Source: Chrysomallon squamiferum
Taxonomy: Eukaryota; Animalia; Mollusca
Assembly: GCA_012295275.1 (NCBI GenBank)
Contig: CM022674.1
Coordinates: 9,176,001-9,240,000 of the forward strand
Length of the DNA stretch: 64,000 bases
Direction of reading: 5' to 3'
A program made the translations under genes and the position numbers. Numbering within the stretch: the first letter of the stretch is position 1; each line of letters starts with the position of its first letter. Below the pieces are notes generated by a model. It saw only the letters and a program-made list of their open reading frames with translations. It searched no databases and was not told the DNA's origin. This document shows, in pieces, positions 55,559 through 64,000 of the stretch.

Positions 55559-55717
55559 CTGAAAATACACAATTTACTTCTTTGATGATTACAAATATAA
55601 AAAGTGTATCAATAGGCACAATTTAAAAATACCTTCTTACATTAACTTTGTTTATATTACTTCTGAAGTGAAAAGTAAAGATCAAGATAACTGTTTTGGA
55701 CAATAATAAATACATAC

Positions 55718-55814
55718 CATCAACTGAGGATGCCATGTTACTCAGAGCCTTCTCACACCACTGGGTGAAATCATCTGTAGGCCTGGAAGACTGAAACAAC
55801 CTCTGAACCACCTC
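55718..55814 (-). CDS. GIGYF2: GIGYF1/2 orthologue, coding exon (conserved C-terminal domain)
   Basis: gattag|GAG GTG...GAT G|gtatgt; 97 nt, phase 0-1; EVVQRLFQSSRPTDDFTQWCEKALSNMASSVD (D.FTQWCE motif). Confidence 0.95.
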
Positions 55815-57254
55815 CTAATCAAACACAATTATCAATTAAATACAATTGAATACTTTTAATCAAACTAAAGTTAATTTTTAAAAGAAACTTTTCTAATTAA
55901 CTGCTCAATTTATATTAGCTTTAGTTATCACACACAAAATGTTCAGTTTTGTTTTAATTTCTTTCTTGCATTATATTAAGGGGACATGCTCTTTTTAATA
56001 TCACAAAAAAAAAAAAAAAAAAAAAAAAAATTGGGATTAGATTTATTTCCAAAAATTACTTCTGTTTGAATATGTATATCTTAAACCATATTTAATCTTT
56101 GTTGACATTCTGTATACAAGCACTGTATGATGGTATAGCATTATTATTTTAAATATTCATCTGTTTTCATGAATTACTGTCTAGAAAAAGAGACCATAGC
56201 ATCTGAAAACTTAGTCAATTTAGCCATGAATAAGCAACAATAACTGGCTAAAACATGTCATGTGACTGCTAACACAAGCTTCGTTGCTTACATGTCACCA
56301 CTGATTATGAAATTTAATCAGCTATTTTGCCATTATTTCACCTATTTACTCAAAAAAAAAGTCAGTCTGTTAGCAAAAACCTGTAGTTACTTTCAAAGAA
56401 AGGTTTGAGAAAAAAAATCTGACAATTTTGTATTGTTTAATGTTAACATTGATTTTCCTAGTTGCATGTTTTTATTTTTTTTGCTGAACTGCCTTCTCTT
56501 TTTGATACATCTCATCAAATTTCCAATAGAATCTTTTGAAATTTTCAGATTTTCTTCATATCACTATAACAGACAAAAAATAGGCAAAGAAACATTTTAC
56601 TATTGGGTCATTCTGTGTTAAATCACCCAATGGGTTAAACCTGACCATCTCAGATTTTTGTGAAACTTTGGATACTATCGGACATATGGCCCCCCAAATT
56701 TTGCAATTTTCAACCAAAATGGGCATGACCATCAGCCTTTGAACCCTTATATCTCAGGAACTATTGGGCCAATCTTCATACAATTGGTATTGTTGAAAAG
56801 GCAATATGACAAGGATTCCATATCTGCCATTATTGTTCAGAATGTTGGCGTACTTTTGACCTTTGTTATGACCTTGTGGATCTTGTTACCGTGAGATGAT
56901 CTTTCTTGAAATTTAATCACCCACATGTCAACTAAAACATATAAAAGTTTCAGAGGTGTTATCTTATTTTGTTTAGCCATAATATAGATTTAAGAAATGC
57001 ATACCTGCATGGATGAATGTTACAATCAATTACGATGTACATTTTGTACATGTATACACTTATCTGAGACAAAAAACTCATCTTTGGTATCAAAATCCAC
57101 CTGGCATGTCTGAAGAAATACCTGAAGGATATCAAAGGATGCCAAGTGGCATGAGATGTTCTACACAATCAGACCCAAAGGGTTAACAGGAAGTGTGGTT
57201 TAATACATGTCAGAAACTCCTTGAAATCCCCACTGAGTACATGGCAATTAGAAG

Positions 57255-58060
57255 TTTCTACTACTAATTCTTCTACTACTCTGTCTATTCCCACTACCTT
57301 TTGTTCCTAACTATTTCTACTTATACTACATCTTCTTCTACTGACACTATTATCAGTGATAATACAACATTTGGTACTAGAAGTTACTTCTAGTACTACT
57401 ATTATAACTCCCACTAGGCTCCTGTTATTATCTGCACATCCACTACTACTACTACTACCACCACCACCACCACCACACCACTGGTATTACTTCTATCACA
57501 ACCAGTACCTCTACCATTACCACTGTTACTAATGGAGCTATTACTACTTTTATTTCTAGAACAACTATTACTGTCACCATCATCGCCACTACTGCTACTT
57601 TATTATCACAAATACTGTTACTACCTCTACTACTACTAGCATCACATTATATCTACAACTACTACAATAGCTATTTCTTATTTTGCTACTTCTACTGACA
57701 CTACATCTGCTACTACTAGCACTATAATTAATCCTGTCTTCTAGTACTACTAATTATACTAACACTCCCTCTACATTACTATTATATCGCCTAGTACCTA
57801 TTGCTACTGCATCTATGAGACTATTCCACAATTTCTACTACCACTTATAGCATTAATGTTGCTTTACTTATCGTTATAATTATTATTATCATTGTTATTG
57901 TTATCATCATCATCAAAATCATTATTACTGGTAGTAATAATACTAGTTCTACCATTAGAATACAAATATCTGTATGGATATTACAGCACTGATACTTCTT
58001 TCTCCAACTACAACTTTTACTATTATTACTTCAACTACTGTTATGTCTAATATAAGAATA
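57255..58060. repeat. Degenerate (ACT/ACC/ATT)n low-complexity tract inside the Sola2 element
   Basis: About 800 bp of actactact / accaccacc / attatt triplet-like sequence, strongly G-poor on the plus strand. Confidence 0.8.
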
Positions 58061-58154
58061 GTGGTACATTTCCTAGTACAATGACCTGCTATATTTTAAA
58101 GTAATACAGAAATTATGCCCGAGATAAAACTAGTCTAAGATCAATTCAGTTCAC

Positions 58155-58870
58155 TGCACTATTTTGTGACACCGTTTTGTGATGGCTGTGCTGGACCGTA
58201 TAAAAATAAGAACAAATTTGTTAACCTGTGCCATTAGGAAGAGCACTTTGGATTGGAAGGTGAATGGAACTTTTTTGCAACATGCCATGGCAAAAATGCC
58301 TGTGATGGAATTGGGGGGATGGTGAAGAGGTTGCTGACAAAGGCCAGTTTGCAGCATCCCTACAAAGACCCAGTCCTGACCAGAGAGGCTATCATGGACT
58401 TCTGCATCAAGAGTATTCCAGGTATTCATTTTTTCAACATCACACCAGAACACATAGCAAAGCATGAGTTGGAACTACAAGGGAGGTTTCAGGTGGGCTA
58501 AACAGTCAAGGGAACACAGCAGTCTCACCGGTTAGTTCCAGTGTCTAAGTCAAAGATGCATGCCTACAAGCTGATCCTGCAGAGTCACCCACCAGAACAA
58601 GTATCTGTCCAGGATTCTGAGGAGTACCAGAGGAGCCAAGAAGCAAACCTATGTTTGTTATCTGTATGACAATGAGGCATGGTTTGGGGTAGTTGAGGAC
58701 ATTTCAGAAGAGCATGGAGACTTCTTCATTCATATCATGCACCTTCACGGACCTAAGTTATTTCACTGGCCAACGAAGATGACACTTGAGGGACTAGTGA
58801 AGAAGACACCTTCTGTGTCATTGATACACCTTCTACTGAATCTTCTCAATGGATGTACTCTCTGAGTAAA
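58155..58870 (+). pseudogene. Sola2-like DDD transposase fragment with stops and frameshifts
   Basis: FCDGCAGPYKNKNKFVNLCH*EEHFGLEGEWNFFATCHGKNACDGIGGMVKR...*TVKGTQQSHRLVP...YDNEAWFGVVEDISEEHGDFFIHIMHLHGPKLFHWP. The DG...YKN, F.T.HGK..CDG.GG.VKR and H..GP..F.WP motifs are recognised as Sola2-type. Confidence 0.85.
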
Positions 58871-59959
58871 TAGAATTGCAAGATTATGGAGGCAGTGGGT
58901 GACCGAATGATTCTGTGACTGCTGAACTGGTGAGAAGGCAATGAGGGTAATAGTTTGATATCATATGATCATAGCATATAGCCTACAATATATTACTTGG
59001 TGATCAAGATAGATGGTGATTCCTAGCATCAGGAATAGGTCATTCAGGTTTTAACTAATTAGATGTTAATGGTAGAAAAGCTGTTATTTTCATGGACATG
59101 CAATTTGTGAATGTGTATTGCTGCTAAACAAAGAATATTACATACCTGAAACTTTTATATGTTTTATTTAATATGTGGGAGATTAAATTTCAAGAAAGCT
59201 CATCTCAAGGTCACATGATCCACAAGGTCAATTTCAAGGTCATAAACAAAGGTCAAAAGGTCACAGTACCCCAACATTCTTCAAACTGAACAATAATGGC
59301 AGATTTGAAATCCTTGTCATATTGCCTTTTCAACAATAACAATTTTATGAAGATTGGCCCAGTAGTTCCTGAGGTACGAGGGTTCAAGAGTTGGTGGTCC
59401 TGCCCATTTTGGCCAAAAATCTCAAAATTCATGGTGCCATACCTTCCACACCACTGGTCCAAATGGCCTAAAATTGGTGCTGCAGGATCCCAGTCAACAA
59501 GTACCAAGTTTCATAAACATCTGAGATGGTTGGGTTTAAAAAAGATTTTTTTTCCGCTGATTTGCCATGGAATGATCCTATACAGAAATGTTTATTTGTT
59601 GTTGCAAGAACATTTAAAATAGGCCAAAAAAAATAAATAAAAAATAAAAAAAATATATATAGATAGAAAACAATAAAAAATCTCCTAGTTATAACATGCA
59701 TATGTATTTTATCTATTTATCTGCAAAATGTGAGTGCATTTGACCTAGCAGTTATGGAGATCCAGATTTTGAGCTGCAACAGTGAAATCAACTGTCTATG
59801 CCCCTTAAGAATTAGGTATTTGTTTTTGAAATTATACATCTCTTTTCTAATCTTTAACTGATGGGTTTTACAATTTTTGCCAAATCTTATAGATTTCACC
59901 ACTGCATGTCCCCATAGAGACCAAAATCTTCGTAATGAAATTATAAAATCAATATTTAC

Positions 59960-60050
59960 CTCTTCTTTAACATTTGACTTGGTTTTTGAGCGACTGGTTG
60001 ACTTCTGGTTTTGAACTTGTTTTTTATTTCCCAAAGCTGGAAACTCTGCC
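59960..60050 (-). CDS. GIGYF2: GIGYF1/2 orthologue, coding exon
   Basis: ctaaag|G GCA GAG TTT CCA...GAA GAG|gtaaat; 91 nt, phase 2-0; AEFPALGNKKQVQNQKSTSRSKTKSNVKEE. Confidence 0.88.
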
Positions 60051-60274
60051 CTTTAGAAATGAAAATAACCAGCTAAATAATAAATCTGTTATGAAGTACA
60101 CTGAAGGCAGTACAAAATATATAAAATGGAACTGGTTAATTCAAATTATTTACATTTAATCAAGTTGATTTAGAACACTGTTTTCAGAAATTTTAGATAT
60201 GTATGCAACAAAAACATTAAGACCCTTAAAATGATCATGTTTTCTGAGATTTATTTGACTAATATTTATCTTAC

Positions 60275-60444
60275 TGATCTTTGCTTTTTGTTGGAGGTTT
60301 TTTGCTTGTAGATATGATAGCATCATCCCAGAATCCAAGTCCTGATGATTTATCAGATGACCAGATAGACTTGTCTCCCCATCCTGATGTCCCAGATGTG
60401 GGCTGTGAACTCCAAGTGCCAAATGCAGCAGTCTCAGTATTTGG
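60275..60444 (-). CDS. GIGYF2: GIGYF1/2 orthologue, coding exon
   Basis: taacag|CCA AAT...GAT CA|gtaaga; 170 nt, phase 0-2; PNTETAAFGTWSSQPTSGTSGWGDKSIWSSDKSSGLGFWDDA..., containing the GFWDDA motif of GIGYF. Confidence 0.92.
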
Positions 60445-61253
60445 CTGTTAGAAAATTAACAGTTGATTTATAATATTTAACAGATATAAAAATCAAAATT
60501 TTAGCAGATGTGCTTTAATGTGAAAGAATTTGTTTTATAAAATTTAAGATAAACAGTGGATGAAATAGGAGTGATTCTGTCACACAGTCTGAAAATTTAC
60601 TTTTCTAACTGAAACATTTATGCAGTGTCAAAATACAATGACAATGTTAACTAGATGGATGGATACAATTAAAAGAGGAATACTTTTGTTTTACTGTATC
60701 TCCTCTACCAATCATATTTGTGCTATATTCAAGTCACACAGTGTCGTTAATCCGTTTTGTGTGAATAAAAACCAAACTGGTCTAATGCACATTATTTACA
60801 GTGTTTGTAAAATGTCAGCAGGGACCATGGTGCACTATCATGTGATGTACTAAAAACAATGTGTTATGAACTCATGAGCTGTAATGAGAAATAGCTAAAA
60901 ATCCACCAAGATGGACTGATCCAACAATCTGAGAAAAGGCTAGAACAACGAGTCATGGCTCTTTCCACATACTATTAGGAGTAATTCAAATACTGACCTT
61001 TTAGCATTGACTCAATTTACTATTAATCAACAAATAAATTAAATATATAACTTTTTTATGTGAGCTTTAAGTATTGTACACTGGTGTGAAACTGCATCAG
61101 GCTAAGCAACTTTATATTGTTCCCATCTTTGTCTTTGTAAATAAAGAAGATAGTGACTAACTCCATTATTATTCTAAAATGTTACCAGAAAAGTGAGAAT
61201 TTTCCATTCTTTTTCACTAGGAAATATGTTTACACGTTTTTCATTTTCTATAC

Positions 61254-61383
61254 CTTTGTCTTTGCCATTTGTCGTGGTTGCTGTTGGTGTGGTTTTCGCT
61301 TCTTTCTATCGTGTTCCAATTGCATTTCTTGCTCAGCCTGAATTTCCAGCAGTGTTTTTAATCCATCACCTAACTGAGCTTGC
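61254..61383 (-). CDS. GIGYF2: GIGYF1/2 orthologue, coding exon
   Basis: ctgcag|G CAA GCT...ACA AAG|gtatag; 130 nt, phase 2-0; QAQLGDGLKTLLEIQAEQEMQLEHDRKKRKPHQQQPRQMAKTK (second K.LLEIQ motif). Confidence 0.9.
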
Positions 61384-61674
61384 CTGCAGAAACCGAAAAA
61401 TTTTCAAAAATATTATTCATCGACTACTGAGGTTAATTCTGAATTACAGCTGAAGTAACTGATAGCCTGGACTGAAAAAACAAAGACACTGATGGAATTT
61501 TCAGTACCACTTTTATGATAGATCAAGTTTGTTTTGTTATAGTGTAAACATTTGCTGTCTTAAATTATTATTATTGATTTAAAAAAAAAAAAAAAAATGA
61601 GGTATAGCATTGTTGATTTTAGTACAAAAATTATTTTGTTGAGTGTCACTAGTTACAATGAATATATTATTTAC

Positions 61675-61695
61675 ATGTGCTTAGCCCAGGATTTC

Positions 61696-61727
<32 letters not shown>

Positions 61728-61769
61728 CTGTAACAAAATCTGCTGCTGCTGCAATTCCAACTGGTGTTG
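61675..61769 (-). CDS. GIGYF2: GIGYF1/2 orthologue, polyQ coding exon
   Basis: taatag|CAA CAC...CAC AT|gtaaat; 95 nt, phase 0-2; QHQLELQQQQILL(Q12)KSWAKH. Confidence 0.9.
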
Positions 61770-61993
61770 CTATTATAAAAAGAAATAGGATACTTATTTA
61801 TTTATTAACATTTTCTAAAACTGGCTTACAGTAAATTGTAAACAAATTTTTGATTCAGCAATATAAGAAAACATCAAATTTCTTATTAGGTCTGCGTTAG
61901 TCATGTCTGATTCAGGCTCATTCTATAATTATTTCAAAAATATACTTTTCACTATTTTTCTATCACAAAATTCAAGTTTAATTATTATTTCAC

Positions 61994-62101
61994 CTTTTCC
62001 TGTCGTTCCTGTTCTTCCTGTTCTTGGATTTCAGCAAGAGACATTGATGATTTAGGCTTTATTTTGCTGTCATTTTCAGCCCACTTAGCAGATGGGGGAA
62101 G
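61994..62101 (-). CDS. GIGYF2: GIGYF1/2 orthologue, coding exon
   Basis: ttttag|CTT CCC...GAA AAG|gtgaaa; 108 nt; LPPSAKWAENDSKIKPKSSMSLAEIQEQEEQERQEK, containing the W...SLAEIQ.EE motif typical of GIGYF C-terminal halves. Confidence 0.92.
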
Positions 62102-62250
62102 CTAAAAATAACATGTGAACCGTTTAAACAACATTCATAGGGTAAAAATAACAGTTTTGAATGTTCAAAAAAAGCTTGGCATACTGATCAATGACTTGAT
62201 TTTTATTTCTCTGATGCCAAAAATAATTTCAGTATTTTTTATATGTTCAC

Positions 62251-62394
62251 CTGCATGTTTGCAAGTTGTTCCCTCTGTTGTTGTTGTAACTTGTACAGTG
62301 CTTCTTGCTGCTGTCGCTGTTGTTCCTGCTGACGCTGTAATTCTTGTTGATGTTGATGCTGATGCTGTAGTTCCTGCTGACGCTGCATTTCCTG
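62251..62394 (-). CDS. GIGYF2: GIGYF1/2 orthologue, Gln-rich coding exon
   Basis: ttacag|CAG GAA ATG...ATG CAG|gtgaac; 144 nt; tandem CAGCAG acceptor, so the start could also be 62391. Confidence 0.88.
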
Positions 62395-62546
62395 CTGTAA
62401 ATTTTTAAACATATACCTTTTTGTACAATATAATGCATAATTAATTATAATTTTTTGTTATCAAATCTACAAACAGGTAAAATCAACCTTTCCATCTATA
62501 ACAAATTAAGGAAATTCACTGAATTATTACTAATGTTTGCTTTTAC

Positions 62547-62651
62547 CTGCATCTGTTGTCTCTGTATCTCCACCTGTCTCCGCTTCTCTTCCTCTGCTGC
62601 CTGTTTTTGCAGTTCCTGCTGCCGTAAGAGTTCTTGCTGCCTTTGAGCTTC
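62547..62651 (-). CDS. GIGYF2: GIGYF1/2 orthologue, coding exon
   Basis: gaatag|GAA GCT...ATG CAG|gtaaaa; 105 nt; EAQRQQELLRQQELQKQAAEEEKRRQVEIQRQQMQ. Confidence 0.9.
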
Positions 62652-62817
62652 CTATTCAAGATCATTTTTTTTATTAACAACATTTGACTGAAGATTTATC
62701 CTAAAACTAAGTCTGTTCTTTTCAAGTCAAAGTAGTAAATTAATTTCTTAAATAATTTAAAACAATGTAATCTTGCTATGTATTTCCCCCAAAAACCTGT
62801 TAAACTAAGCTGCCAAC

Positions 62818-63096
62818 CTGCTGTCGAAGTACTTCTTCTCTTCTTTCTCTTTCTTTGGCTTCTTCCATCTGTTGTTTTGCCTCCTGAATACGTTGTTCTG
62901 CTTCATTCCTTTTCCTTTTCTCCAGTTCTAATCTTTGTTTTTCTTCCTGTTCTTGTCTCTGCCTTTCTTCCTCTTTTCTTCTGTTTTCCATCTCTGCCTT
63001 GAGAATCCTCTCTGCAGCCTCCTTCTCCTGCTTTTCCCTCTCCTGCTGCTCCAGTCTTATTCTTAATTCCTCTTTCTTTCTGGCCTCTTCCAGCCT
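62818..63096 (-). CDS. GIGYF2: GIGYF1/2 orthologue, coding exon (charged coiled coil)
   Basis: aatcag|AGG CTG GAA...CAG CAG|gttggc; 279 nt, phase 0-0; RLEEARKKEELRIRLEQQERE...EEVLRQQ. Confidence 0.88.
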
Positions 63097-63346
63097 CTGA
63101 TTTAAAAATCATTTTTAATATTAAATATTTCATTTTCTTAGTGTAAGAACACAAGGCTCAAGAATTACAAGGCATGTGGAATACGTATTTAATGCAATAA
63201 AATTGGAAATTATTAATTATTTTAAAGAGTTTCTTCAAGCATCTAAGTTTAGAAAGATTAATCAAACTTATTTATCTCAAATAATCAAGCAGACTATTTA
63301 GAATTAAAAAACAATACATTATTATTTTTTAAAGTGAAAATTTTAC

Positions 63347-63499
63347 CTTGAACTCTGTTTGTTTTTGTCTTTCCAGTTCCTCCTTTTCTCTCATCACCTG
63401 TTCCCGCTGTCTCCTCAACTCCTCTTGTTGTCGGTGGATTTCTTCTTGAGCTCGCTGAAACTCTTCCAGTTTTCTCCTCTGTTCTTCCTCCACTTGCAG
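63347..63499 (-). CDS. GIGYF2: GIGYF1/2 orthologue, internal coding exon (first in window; Glu/Arg/Gln coiled coil)
   Basis: atacag|CTG CAA GTG...TTC AAG|gtaaaa; 153 nt, phase 0-0; LQVEEEQRRKLEEFQRAQEEIHRQQEELRRQREQ... Confidence 0.9.
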
Positions 63500-63845
63500 C
63501 TGTATTATATTTATTAACAAAATAACTTAAATCTATTCATATCCAGTCTTAAAAACAAAGACAATGATGGGAGGCTATGAAGGAATGGCAGTTATAAAAT
63601 CAGTGTTTTACTGAAAAATAATCTAATTATCTATCTATAAACAATATAAATTAAGCAACACCCAATTCATAGAGCTAAAGGAAAAAATGTATTTTTGTTG
63701 ATGATTTATTGACAGATGACATCTTGCTGAATAGCATCTCTTTTGTGGGATATTCAATGTAACAGTTTTGAAATCAAGTTTGTAATGATCAGATATCATA
63801 CTCTCTTCTGTCAATCTGCAATGAATATTCAGTACCATGACCATC

Positions 63846-64000
63846 ATGAGATATGGAGGAATGTCCCTTAGACAAATTCGATGTCAACTTTGGCACAATA
63901 TTTCCATTATTCAAGTCTGTTGAATAAACACTGGGCTAAAAAATGATGCTGAAGATCATCCAAGACTTGGCAGACCCCGTAAAACAACAGAGAGGATAGA
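63846..64000 (+). mobile_element. Tc1/mariner transposase N-terminal remnant (intronic, truncated by window edge)
   Basis: Translates as MRYGGMSLRQIRCQLWHNISIIQVC*INTGLKNDAEDHPRLGRPRKTTERI: an HTH-like GMS.RQI segment followed by the Tc1 GRPRKTT motif, with an in-frame stop. Confidence 0.65.

Larger units (their letters stand above)
56605..59578 (+). mobile_element. Decayed Sola2-type DNA transposon inside a GIGYF intron
   Basis: Long imperfect TIRs (about 56605-57010 vs 59090-59578, e.g. ctgccattattgttcag / ctgaacaataatggcag). Termini GGGTCATTC / GAATGATCC fit the Sola2 5'-GRG end. 4-bp flanks tatt / tata are a near-TSD. An internal transposase remnant is present. Confidence 0.85.

Noticed and set aside
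59253-59701. ORFs of 77-108 aa
   Set aside because: They lie within the transposon's right TIR and have no protein features.
61597-61788. Poly-Cys ORF and other plus-strand ORFs at 54601, 61153, 62115, 62455 and 62778
   Set aside because: Antisense shadows of GIGYF exons (the polyQ read backwards).

Overview
Very AT-rich eukaryotic genomic DNA from an invertebrate; a lophotrochozoan or mollusc-like source is inferred, not proven. The only securely identifiable gene is the 3' half of a GIGYF1/2 (GRB10-interacting GYF protein) orthologue on the minus strand. It has 13 coding exons from 63499 to the stop at 54553, all with canonical GT-AG sites and consistent phases, giving about 575 aa. Its one long intron holds a decayed Sola2-type DNA transposon with long TIRs (56605-59578), and a Tc1/mariner remnant lies at the window edge. 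Positions 1-52000 contain no recognisable long coding exon. They consist of ultra-AT-rich spacers alternating with short, more complex islands, plus a 4.5-kb 20/22-bp satellite, several degenerate minisatellites and a 178-bp inverted repeat pair. CpG is depleted over 1-43.4 kb and retained over about 43.4-51.5 kb, consistent with a methylated gene body next to an unmethylated 5'/intergenic domain. The most interesting but unproven pattern is a set of tiny ATG-initiated minus-strand exons that all end in phase 2 at G|GTAAGT donors. One has a TATA/CRE promoter and one sits in a dense nuclear-receptor element cluster, which would fit a multi-promoter gene whose shared exons lie left of the window. 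Most ORFs in the supplied track are spurious. No CRISPR, rRNA, tRNA or recognisable miRNA was found.
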